Part shown: one piece after another, positions 19,456-28,471 of the stretch
Layout: every line of letters starts with the position of its first letter
How positions within the stretch are numbered: position 1 is the first letter of the stretch
Source of the DNA: Candidatus Brocadiia bacterium
GTDB taxonomy: Bacteria > Planctomycetota > Brocadiia > SM23-32
DNA length: 64,000 bases
Direction of reading: 5' to 3'
NCBI GenBank assembly: GCA_046538485.1
Contig: JBKHIT010000001.1
Span: 128,001-192,000, forward strand
Program-made: the position numbers and the translations under genes
The notes under the pieces: model-generated
Told to the model about the DNA's origin: nothing
What the model saw: the letters and a program-made list of their open reading frames with translations, nothing else
Databases searched by the model: none

Positions 19456-19562
19456 TGTGAACTCCTTCATGATCCAGTCTGAGTGTCCATTACTTTATAG
19501 AATTTCTTTTTTGGCCGAGCAAATCCCATCTCCCCCGGGAAACACGCTGGATTTGCGGCCAA

Positions 19563-20423
19563 TTACCAGCTTTTGGCCAGAAGAATCAAAATCAACCAGA
19601 AGAACCCGAGGAAAATCGCCCAGCCCGTCGCCTTTTTGCCTTCCAGACGTTCCTCGCTTACAAAAAGTGTCCGCGCGCACCACCCTCCGAGCAGAAGGCC
19701 AACCACAGAGATCGCAATTGAGAACGGCATCGGCAACAAAAGCCCCACCGGTCCGGCCGCGCTCACCATGAGCGCGTAATCGGCCAGTGGATAGTCTATC
19801 GGCCGCCTTTTGGCCGGCCGTTCAGTGGGCTCCACCCGCAGGTCTTGACCGCAATTCTCACAGAAATTGTCGTCCGCAAAAACGGTGCGACCACAATGCC
19901 AGCATTCGACTTCAACAGAAGGGGCTTCCGCCTCCTCCAGTTCCGTTTCCTCAGGCGGTTCGGTCCCGATTTGCGTGCGGGAAATCCTTTCCTGCTCCCG
20001 CGCCGGAACAGCTTCCTCTTCACGCACCCGGATTATAGCCCCCTCGCCCTGCTCTGTCCCGGTGGAATCCTCATGCGCGGACGGTAGAGCCTTAGGTGTC
20101 TGATTCTGCTCGATCTCTTCGCGGCTGATTGGACGGCCATCCGGCCGGAAGAGTTCCGCCCCCTCTTTTCCCTTCGAGGTGGCAATTACGGCATTCTCAA
20201 TATGCAGAACCTGCTGGCGCCTGTCTTCGGAGCGCCCGTCCAGAAACTCGCCGCAGTGTTTGCATTTAATGGCCTTCGCTTTGATCAATTCCCCGCAGAA
20301 CGGGCATTCTTTTTGTTTCTCACCCCGAATCGTCATCTTATGACAATACGGGCAACGTGCGGTATCCACCGGGATAACGTGCCCGCAGTGACGACAATAT
20401 TTGACCTCGATCCGATCCGGCAT
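19563..20423 (-). CDS. Multi zinc-ribbon protein with C-terminal membrane helices
   Basis: Six CxxC pairs (CRHC, CPYC, CPFC, CKHC, CWHC, CENC) and a hydrophobic C-terminus. Confidence 0.8.
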   Translation of the reverse strand: MPDRIEVKYCRHCGHVIPVDTARCPYCHKMTIRGEKQKECPFCGELIKAKAIKCKHCGEFLDGRSEDRRQQVLHIENAVIATSKGKEGAELFRPDGRPISREEIEQNQTPKALPSAHEDSTGTEQGEGAIIRVREEEAVPAREQERISRTQIGTEPPEETELEEAEAPSVEVECWHCGRTVFADDNFCENCGQDLRVEPTERPAKRRPIDYPLADYALMVSAAGPVGLLLPMPFSIAISVVGLLLGGWCARTLFVSEERLEGKKATGWAIFLGFFWLILILLAKSW

Positions 20424-20620
20424 CAGACCACTCCTCGCTCTGAGAACATTGATTCAGTTTTAAAAATTCAGCGGGGACAAATTCAACAGATCCCGGCAAC
20501 AGTTCTGTCAGCAATTCAAGGTATCCGCCGAGCTACCTCAGTGCAACATAATATCATTCCTCGTGTGATTTTCGCGGCGTATAATTATCCGAAATATGCG
20601 GGAAAGAAATCGAGAAAAGC

Positions 20621-20648
20621 TTGAAACTATATTTTTGTATAGTATACT
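20621..20648 (+). promoter_or_regulatory. dinB promoter with a palindromic operator filling the spacer
   Basis: TTGAAA-[CTAT-atttttgt-ATAG]-TATACT. Confidence 0.6.
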
Positions 20649-20688
20649 GCCTGTGTCGTCTGGTCGATTTCCAAAAGGAGGAACACAG

Positions 20689-22035
20689 GTGGAACAACCG
20701 CACATTCTTCATGTGTATCTTGATGCGTTTTTTGCCTCGGCAGAACGTGTACTCTCGCCCGAACTGAAAAACAAACCAGTCATTGTCGGAAGCGCTCAGG
20801 AAAACCGTGGTGTGGTTGCATCGGCTTCCTATGACGCCCGTTCGAAAGGTGTAAAAGCCGGGATGCCCATTTATCAATCTCGCCGGCTCTGCCCTGAGGC
20901 CGCCTACCGGCCGGGAAATTATTCGGAATACAAACGGCTTTCGCAAGAGGTCTTTGCTATCCTTTGGGAATTGACGCCCAAAGTGGAACCGGTTTCCCTG
21001 GATGAAGCTTATCTTGATGTCTCCGGCTGCGAACGCCTTCACGGAAGCCGCGGGGCAGGCCCACTGGGTCGGCTCCCTTTCGCCATGATTTCTGGTGGCA
21101 CCTATGTGCGTCAGGAAACCGATGCTCTTCCGCCCCCCAAACGGACCCTGGTCCCCCGCCATCACCGGTGGATCAGCGCCCTGGCGATGACCATTAAACA
21201 GACCGTGCGAACCCGCACAGACCTCACCGTATCGGTCGGATGTGCGACCAACAAACTGGCTGCAAAATCCGCTTCTGATTTTTGCAAACCGGACGGACTT
21301 GCATTGATAACACCGGGCACAGAAGAACAGTTCTTTCTGACACTGCCCCTTGGAGAGATACCTGGAATTGGCCGGGCCACGAGAGAAAAATTCCACAAGT
21401 GGAACGCCCATACCGTCGCCGAAGCCCGTCACCTCCCGCGCTCGCTGCTGAAAACAGCCTTCGGAGACCGAGGCTGTTCCATCCATGCCGCTTTGAGAGG
21501 CCAGGGCGAAACGGAACTGACCCTGCCCGAACATCCCCGTTCTTTAAGCCGGGAGAGGACATTCTGGACGCCCTCCAACGATCGCAATTTTGTGGAAAGT
21601 ATGCTCTTCTATCTCACAGAAAGACTCGGGAAAACGTTGCGCAAAAAGCAACTCGTCGGCCGAACGGTTCACGTAAAACTCCGCTACAATGATTTCACGA
21701 CCGTAGAACGCTCGCGATCGTTGAAAACACCTGCTGATCTCGACGAGGAAATTTTCCCGGTCGCATCTCATCTCATGGATCGGCGCTGGGACCAGAGACG
21801 TCGTCTGCGGCTGGTAGGAGTGAAAGTATCCGACCTCCGACCTAATTGTCAGCGCCAACAGAAACTTTTCGATGACAAATTGGAGCGGCAACGACGAATC
21901 GATCGATGCGTGGATGAGCTGCGGGACAAATTCGGATTCAACGTGGTTCAGAAAGGTCTCTCAATTGCCTTGAATTCGAGGCTTGAACGAGATGATAAAG
22001 GGTTTCAACTCCGCACGCCCGCTCTCTCGCAATAA
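20689..22035 (+). CDS. dinB: DNA polymerase IV (Y-family)
   Basis: HVYLDAFFASAE, RGVVASASYDAR, SLDEAYLD, KPDG, IPGIG, LRLVGV; GTG start after AGGAGG. Confidence 0.9.
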   Translation: MEQPHILHVYLDAFFASAERVLSPELKNKPVIVGSAQENRGVVASASYDARSKGVKAGMPIYQSRRLCPEAAYRPGNYSEYKRLSQEVFAILWELTPKVEPVSLDEAYLDVSGCERLHGSRGAGPLGRLPFAMISGGTYVRQETDALPPPKRTLVPRHHRWISALAMTIKQTVRTRTDLTVSVGCATNKLAAKSASDFCKPDGLALITPGTEEQFFLTLPLGEIPGIGRATREKFHKWNAHTVAEARHLPRSLLKTAFGDRGCSIHAALRGQGETELTLPEHPRSLSRERTFWTPSNDRNFVESMLFYLTERLGKTLRKKQLVGRTVHVKLRYNDFTTVERSRSLKTPADLDEEIFPVASHLMDRRWDQRRRLRLVGVKVSDLRPNCQRQQKLFDDKLERQRRIDRCVDELRDKFGFNVVQKGLSIALNSRLERDDKGFQLRTPALSQ

Positions 22036-22043
22036 GGGGTAAC

Positions 22044-22071
22044 TTGACTCATTACAACCCGATGCTAAAAT
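22044..22071 (+). promoter_or_regulatory. Sigma70-type promoter of efp
   Basis: TTGACT-16 bp-TAAAAT with a TG extended -10. Confidence 0.6.
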
Positions 22072-22129
22072 GCCTGCTCAGGGTGGTACGTTAACCGGCA
22101 AAAATAATAACTCCGAAGGAGTCTGTGCA

Positions 22130-22687
22130 TTGATCGAAGCTGGAAATATAAAAAATGGAAACGTCATCGAATACGAAGGATCTCTCTGGGTTGTCCTCGA
22201 TACACAGGTAACATATGTGGGGAAAAAAGGTGCCTATTCCCAGATCAAAATGAAGAATTTGGATGACAAACATATCGAAACCGAACGGTTCTCCACATCC
22301 GACAAGCTTAAAAAAGCCTTTCTTGAATCGCGCCGGATGACATATCTCTATGAAGATACTGCTGGTTACGTTTTTATGGATCCCGATACTGGTGAGCAAA
22401 CCACTCTCGATCGTGACATGATGGAGGGGCTTGTTCAGTACCTGCCATACAATGCGGAAGTACAGGTAGAATTTTACGAAGACCGAGCGATCTCTATCGA
22501 GCTGCCACCAAATGTCGAACTGGAAGTGACCGATACCGACCCGGCGATCAAAGGGGATACAGCCACAAGCGTAACAAAACCCGCAACTGTCGAAACCGGC
22601 CTGACCGTCAAAGTCCCCGGTCACATCAAACAAGGTGAAAAAATCAGGGTCGATACAAGATCGGGGGAATTTCTGGGACGCGCCTGA
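22130..22687 (+). CDS. efp: Elongation factor P (non-canonical loop)
   Basis: TTG start after AAGGAG; YLY..GYVFMD, TDPAIKGDTA, KPATVETG, VDTRSGEFLGRA. Confidence 0.9.
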   Translation: MIEAGNIKNGNVIEYEGSLWVVLDTQVTYVGKKGAYSQIKMKNLDDKHIETERFSTSDKLKKAFLESRRMTYLYEDTAGYVFMDPDTGEQTTLDRDMMEGLVQYLPYNAEVQVEFYEDRAISIELPPNVELEVTDTDPAIKGDTATSVTKPATVETGLTVKVPGHIKQGEKIRVDTRSGEFLGRA

Positions 22688-22721
22688 AAACATAATCTCT
22701 CACTGGATGGGTGGATAGAAC

Positions 22722-24287
22722 ATGGGACACCAGTCAGTTGGTTTTTCCGGCCATTACCGCAGGTTTCTCAATGAATTTTCGGACCAAATCGGCGAACCCT
22801 CGGCTCGATATGGACAGGCAAACCAAAATATCCGGGAAGAAGTCGTCCGCTGCCTGTGGTTCGGTGCCCATTTCTCGAGCGACGACCTGCGCACCGATGG
22901 AAACCGGCGGGTCGAAGTGCTCTCGGCCGGATGGTGGAACGTTGAAAGCGGCCCTGATTTTATACAGGCAGAGATCCTGCTCGAAAAGGAGGGAAGGCTC
23001 ATCGGAGATGTCGAAGTCCATACGGTTGCTTCCTCCTGGTACGGTCACGGTCACCATAAACAACCGGAATACAACGGCGTGGTGCTCCATGTTGTAATGT
23101 GGAACGATTGCGAAGATCGCCCCATTCTCCGGGAAAATGGCACCGCTATTCCTCAGCTGGTCCTCAGCGACTTTGTGGAAGAAGAAATCGATGAATTGGT
23201 CGAGATAATCGATCTGGAAGCCGACGAATCGAACTCTCCGCCGGCGCCGGGACGCGTCCGTGGATTTTGTCGTGAAGCGCTCCAAAATGGGGAAATGGAC
23301 CCCGATTGGTTGGGCCAGTTCCTCGATTGCGCTGGCGACCACCGTATCCTGCGCAAAGCCGAGAGAATGGAAGAATTGTTCAATGGGAAATCTCACGAAC
23401 AGGTTCTCTACCAGTCACTCGGCGAAGCGCTCGGTTACAAAAGCAATCGGATGGGATTTCTGCAGCTCTGCGAATCCGCTCCTGTGCCTTTGCTCCGTGA
23501 AATCGTTCCTGTGAACACCACCCCCCAACACAAACGCGAGGTGCTCGATGCGGCGCTCTACGGAACCGCCGGTTTCCTTAATAATGAGGTGATTGAGAAT
23601 CCGGATAACGAAACGACTCGCTACTTGAATAGTTTGCAGGAACGTTGGAATGCAATGCCCTCAAAGCTCCACGACAATCAGCTCTCACGCGAACACTGGA
23701 GTTTTGGAGGGACGCGCCCGGTTAATTATCCCACACGCCGTCTCGCCGCTCTTTCAACACTTTACGTTGCGTACCTGCCTGCCGGTCTGTTCGGGAGTGT
23801 ATCGCGCACTATCCGTAGCGCGTCCCCCGAGAAAAAGCGGCGAATCGATACAGTTATCCGGGCTGCACTCATCGATATGTTCAATAGTCTGGAACACCCA
23901 TATTGGTCGTACCGTTACAAATTTGGCGGCAAAAAACTATCGGGCCCGCGAAGTCTGGTTGGAAAACAACGAGCGACCGCAATACTGGTCGACGTCCTCA
24001 TTCCCCTGTGTATCGCCCACAGCCGCCAGGAAGGCGATGCGGAAATGCAAAACCGCGTCGAAGCCGTCTGGAATGGCCTGCCCCGTCGGTCTCCCAATAC
24101 CATCGTTCGCCGAATGAGTGGGCGCCTTTTCCCAAACAAAGAACAAATATCGGCTGTGCTGAACTCGGCCCGTCGACAACAGGGCTTGCACGCACTGTAT
24201 AATAATTTTTGTGCGGCTGATGACGGTTGCGAAAACTGCGTGCTTTACCTCGCACATCAAGCCGGGGAAAAAATGATCGAGGTGTAA
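22722..24287 (+). CDS. DUF2851-like protein
   Basis: WNVESGPDF, GDVEVH..SSWYGHGH, VVLHVV, RPVNYPTRRLA, C-terminal Cys cluster. Confidence 0.75.
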   Translation: MGHQSVGFSGHYRRFLNEFSDQIGEPSARYGQANQNIREEVVRCLWFGAHFSSDDLRTDGNRRVEVLSAGWWNVESGPDFIQAEILLEKEGRLIGDVEVHTVASSWYGHGHHKQPEYNGVVLHVVMWNDCEDRPILRENGTAIPQLVLSDFVEEEIDELVEIIDLEADESNSPPAPGRVRGFCREALQNGEMDPDWLGQFLDCAGDHRILRKAERMEELFNGKSHEQVLYQSLGEALGYKSNRMGFLQLCESAPVPLLREIVPVNTTPQHKREVLDAALYGTAGFLNNEVIENPDNETTRYLNSLQERWNAMPSKLHDNQLSREHWSFGGTRPVNYPTRRLAALSTLYVAYLPAGLFGSVSRTIRSASPEKKRRIDTVIRAALIDMFNSLEHPYWSYRYKFGGKKLSGPRSLVGKQRATAILVDVLIPLCIAHSRQEGDAEMQNRVEAVWNGLPRRSPNTIVRRMSGRLFPNKEQISAVLNSARRQQGLHALYNNFCAADDGCENCVLYLAHQAGEKMIEV

Positions 24288-24290
24288 AAC

Positions 24291-26576
24291 TTGGGCCCAA
24301 CAGACGAACCTCAAAGTCCGCAATCTCTCAGAATAATCTGGATCATTGCTGCCGCGCTTGCCTGTCTGTATTTGCTCGGTTGGTTTTTAGCTATGGGAGT
24401 GGGGGGGGCAATGCGGGGGCCTCGCTCCACGATGGCATTTATTTCCGTTCTCGGTTTCGCCCGGCGCGCGATCTGGCCCACGTTGCTCGCGCTGATCATC
24501 TTCGCCAGTTCTCTCTCCCTTGGCATTTCTGCCCTGCGCCTGTTTCGTATGAACTTCGAACGTCCCGCCTTCAAGCTGGTTTTCTCGGCAGCCATTGGTC
24601 TGGGCATATTTCCCTATCTCGTGCTGGCCCTTGGGACCTGTGGTTTCCTCAATCCAATTGCATTCTGGATTTTGATCATTGTCTGCCTCATCCCGGGATA
24701 TCGCTCTACCTGTCAGCTCCTTATTAAACTGGCACAAAAGGTTACCGGGGCCTCTCGAAACTGGGGCAAATTCGAGTGGTTCCTGGGGGCAGGAATCATA
24801 GCTTTGATTGCGATAGGGCTTCTATCCGCTGGAACACCTATCTCGGATTACGACACGTTGGAATACCATCTCGGCGCGCCAGCAGAATATCTGCGCCAGG
24901 GCCAGATCTCATTTCTCCGACATAATGTCTACGCCTGTTTTCCTCAGCACGTCGAAATGATTAACCTGGCCGGCCTTGTTCTGGGCGGAAACAAAACTGT
25001 TGGTGGCGGAACAGCCGTGATGTCGCAGTTCTTCTTCGGACTTCTGGCCGCGCTGGCCGCCGGTTTGCTTGCTCAAAAAATTTGCGTTAGCAGAGATAGT
25101 TTAGAAACCAGGCCGGGCTCCAAACCCGAAACGCCTGAAGCAAACAAAGTCGATCGCTCCGACGGACCTTACTCACAGATCGGTTTACTGGCTGCTGTTT
25201 TTTTCTTGAGTTGTCCTCTGCTCATAATTGCGTCGATACGGGCTCACATCACTCTGGCGAGATGTTTCTACAAAGGGGCGGCCGTACTCGCATTGTTCTG
25301 CTGGCTGTTCCCGAAAAGAAAAGACACCGGCAACTTAAAATGGCTGATCGTAGCAGGCATTTCTTGCGGAATATCAGTTGGAGTTAAATATTCAGGCGCT
25401 CTTTTCCTTTGCCTCCCTCTCGCTCTGATAACGCTCATAGGCGGGCTGAGGAAGGGCAAAACTTTATTGGGACGCATCAAACCCGTCTTCGCCCTGACAT
25501 TTATAGCGGTTCTGGCTGCAGCACCCTGGTTAATTCGACATTTCTACTTTACAGGCAATCCCGTTTACCCGCTGCTCCATAATATCTTCGGTGCCCGTGG
25601 ATGGTCGGATCTGCAGGCTGCTAAATTTGCTGCCGCCCACTCTCCTGGCTCTCTGTCGGGAATATTCGTGAAACTCTGGGCATTTTTGACTTCCAATAGA
25701 ATGGGGTTCGCAAGCCCTCTGGCGCTCGTGTTTATTCCGTTTCTACTCATAGACATTCTCTCGCAAGCCGAAAAGCAGGTCGTCATTCGTATGATGCTTC
25801 TCCTGCTCGCATACACAATCTTAATTGTCGTTCTCTGGGCCTTTTTCACGCATCAAATCGTGCGCTTTCTTGCCCCCGTGCTTCTCTTTTTGGCCGTATT
25901 ATCCGCCGCGGGGCTCATCGAACTGAGCTCCCGGTCTCAGGCGAGAAAAATCGGCTTTATTGTGACAACAATCTTTTTTGCGATTGCCATTTTGATCCAG
26001 AGTGTGATTGCAGTTAGCTCAGGCGCCATAGGGGGGACCCTGGCCAGTGAAGGCCTCAAAGAATACGCTCGCCGTTTCGATGCAAAAGCTCAGCTTGCTT
26101 ATGCCAATGCCGTCGAATGGGTTAATAATCCACTAAAGGTTCCGAAAAGCTCGTGCCTGATGCTCGTTGGAGAAGCAAAAACTTACTATTTTGATCGTTC
26201 TCTGAGCTATTCGGTGGTTTTCAACGAGCATCCCATCGAGCCGGCCCTCAAACAGGCAGACGAGAACCTCCCCCGCGCGGTCCAGACGCTTAAAAATACC
26301 GGTTGCCGTTACGTCTTAATCAACTGGCCCGAACTGGAACGTCTGTCCAGAACCTATCGTTTCGAATATAAGGGAAAAATGCACGTGGGTTACCTTCCCC
26401 AACTCAATCTTCAAGAATCTCGCCATCCCTCAGAAATAAAACAAGCCGCTGCGCCCCTGAGAAAACTTCTTGAAGCCTCGGGCAAAAAAGTCGCGCAGTT
26501 TGGCAATCTGCGCGGCTCGCAAACCTCTGGTCGGGAATCGGCAGCCATTATTGAGGTTTATCGTATAGGGCCCTGA
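24291..26576 (+). CDS. Polytopic membrane glycosyltransferase (GT-C/ArnT-like)
   Basis: Many TM helices; DYDTLEYHLGAP, GVKYSG, APWLIRH..TGNPVYP, RFLAP. Confidence 0.65.
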   Translation: MGPTDEPQSPQSLRIIWIIAAALACLYLLGWFLAMGVGGAMRGPRSTMAFISVLGFARRAIWPTLLALIIFASSLSLGISALRLFRMNFERPAFKLVFSAAIGLGIFPYLVLALGTCGFLNPIAFWILIIVCLIPGYRSTCQLLIKLAQKVTGASRNWGKFEWFLGAGIIALIAIGLLSAGTPISDYDTLEYHLGAPAEYLRQGQISFLRHNVYACFPQHVEMINLAGLVLGGNKTVGGGTAVMSQFFFGLLAALAAGLLAQKICVSRDSLETRPGSKPETPEANKVDRSDGPYSQIGLLAAVFFLSCPLLIIASIRAHITLARCFYKGAAVLALFCWLFPKRKDTGNLKWLIVAGISCGISVGVKYSGALFLCLPLALITLIGGLRKGKTLLGRIKPVFALTFIAVLAAAPWLIRHFYFTGNPVYPLLHNIFGARGWSDLQAAKFAAAHSPGSLSGIFVKLWAFLTSNRMGFASPLALVFIPFLLIDILSQAEKQVVIRMMLLLLAYTILIVVLWAFFTHQIVRFLAPVLLFLAVLSAAGLIELSSRSQARKIGFIVTTIFFAIAILIQSVIAVSSGAIGGTLASEGLKEYARRFDAKAQLAYANAVEWVNNPLKVPKSSCLMLVGEAKTYYFDRSLSYSVVFNEHPIEPALKQADENLPRAVQTLKNTGCRYVLINWPELERLSRTYRFEYKGKMHVGYLPQLNLQESRHPSEIKQAAAPLRKLLEASGKKVAQFGNLRGSQTSGRESAAIIEVYRIGP

Positions 26577-26741
26577 TGGGCTTCCCACCATTGAAGCAAA
26601 TGGCTCGGCTGCTTACCTTTTTGTTTCCCCGGGCCGTCACGCAAAGCAACTTATGAAAAAGACTCCACTCCCGGGGGACATATAGAGTTAAATCAAAAAG
26701 ATAAAATTAGGGGATAAAAAAAGGCAAGTAACCGCGCGCGC

Positions 26742-27698
26742 TCAGCTTTCCTGTTGAGCCGCTTGCACCGTTGTCCCCTCGTCCTGTTCACTGCCGTCCG
26801 CACCCTCTTTTTTATTCTCCTCCGACCGTTTGGCAGTTTCTTCAAAATGGAACTCACCCTTGCGGAACAACTCAATACACACGTCAACCACTTTGGCATC
26901 GTAGAGCGTACCCTTATTTTTTTTGAGCACGTTCAAGGCCTTCTCCCGTCCCAGTCCTGCACGGTAAGGACGGTTGGAGACAATTGCCTCGACCGTATCC
27001 GCGACAGCCAGGATTCGTGCCTCAAGCAAAACCTTTTCGCCCGACAACCCACGCGGATACCCTGACCCGTCCAATCGTTCGTGATGTTGGTGAATGATTT
27101 CACCAAGTGGCCAGGGGAGGTCCATTTCGCCCATTACTTCTGCGCCGGTGCTCGGGTGCCGCCGCACGAGGGCAAATTGCTCTTCACTTAAACCCGCCGG
27201 CGAGGTGAGGATTTCCACAGGAATACGAATTTTCCCGATATCATGAATTGAAGCTGCAAGAAAAATGAGCTCGATCCGTTCTTCAGGCAATCCCATGTTT
27301 TCAGCGATAGCACTGGACAGTCGAGCTACCCTTCTTTGATGCCCCGCAGTATAAGGATCGCGTGCGGCGATTACAAAAGCAAGATTTTCAACCATCTGGT
27401 AAAGGACCTGCCGACGCTTTTTTTCCGCTTCCTGCCGAACTTCGTTTTCCCGAGCCAGAATAGCAATCACATGGAATGCATAAGCACTGGCAAGCAACAT
27501 ACACAAAAGGACATAAAGTATCGCACGGCCTGTATATGAAAGACTGAGTTCCCCACCAGCCCGTTCGACAATGAAAAAGATGGCAGCGCCACAAACGAAT
27601 AGAGCAAGAAGTCCACTCTTCGAAAACGCAATATACTTGCGCAACATGCGAGGCTTCTTCTTATTGGTCGACCGGCCTTTTGTAAACTTTCCACTCAT
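26742..27698 (-). CDS. Membrane-anchored HD-GYP phosphodiesterase
   Basis: RDPYTAGHQRRV, HDIGK, HHERLDGSGYP; two N-terminal TM segments; start position uncertain. Confidence 0.9.
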   Translation of the reverse strand: MSGKFTKGRSTNKKKPRMLRKYIAFSKSGLLALFVCGAAIFFIVERAGGELSLSYTGRAILYVLLCMLLASAYAFHVIAILARENEVRQEAEKKRRQVLYQMVENLAFVIAARDPYTAGHQRRVARLSSAIAENMGLPEERIELIFLAASIHDIGKIRIPVEILTSPAGLSEEQFALVRRHPSTGAEVMGEMDLPWPLGEIIHQHHERLDGSGYPRGLSGEKVLLEARILAVADTVEAIVSNRPYRAGLGREKALNVLKKNKGTLYDAKVVDVCIELFRKGEFHFEETAKRSEENKKEGADGSEQDEGTTVQAAQQES

Positions 27699-27788
27699 GA
27701 AACTGACATTTATTATATCAGAGACACACAAACAATGGAAACAAAGACCGGCAAGCGATATCAAGTAAAATCGGCAGTCGCCATGATT

Positions 27789-28421
27789 TCAACTTAGCCC
27801 CAGAGTATCTTTCTCGCATTTCAAAGTCGTGCGGCGACCATGCCCCGGTAGCAGAATCGTATCCTCCGGAAACTCTTCCATTAATTTTTCTATGGACTGC
27901 CGCAACTGGTCCCAATTGCCTCCGGGCAGATCAGTGCGACCCACTCCCCCGGCAAAAATAACGTCGCCACAGAAAATCACTATCGGTTGTTCCTGATCGC
28001 CCACGAGACAAATACCACCCGGCGTGTGGCCCGGGGTATCAAGTACCCTGATAAAACTGGACCCAAACTCGATTTTGTCACCTTCTGTCAGTAACCTATC
28101 CGGTTCAGGGATCTTTTCGCACCCTCCAAACATTCCGGTAAGGTTTCGAAAAGAATCCTGCAGAATGTCGGCATCTTTTTTCCCGATACATAGCTCCGCA
28201 TCCGGATATTCTGCTTTCAAAAAGCCGTTTGCACAGATATGGTCCGCATGGGCGTGCGTATTGATAATTTTGCCAGGTTGAAGATCAAGTCTCTCAAATT
28301 CTTCTGCTATTCGCTGGCCTTCCGCCCCGGGATCTATAATAATTCCGTCCTGACAAGCGTCATCGGCCGCCAGGTAACAATTAGATTCCAGGGGGCCAAC
28401 CGTCAGCATACTAATTTTCAC
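27789..28421 (-). CDS. MBL-fold metallo-hydrolase (glyoxalase II-like)
   Basis: THAHADH, TPGHTPG, GDVIF, PGHG. Confidence 0.9.
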   Translation of the reverse strand: MKISMLTVGPLESNCYLAADDACQDGIIIDPGAEGQRIAEEFERLDLQPGKIINTHAHADHICANGFLKAEYPDAELCIGKKDADILQDSFRNLTGMFGGCEKIPEPDRLLTEGDKIEFGSSFIRVLDTPGHTPGGICLVGDQEQPIVIFCGDVIFAGGVGRTDLPGGNWDQLRQSIEKLMEEFPEDTILLPGHGRRTTLKCEKDTLGLS

Positions 28422-28471
28422 TGTCTAAATCCCTATTGCCAGGGGCTCGCACAAATCAGGAGGTCTTGTGC

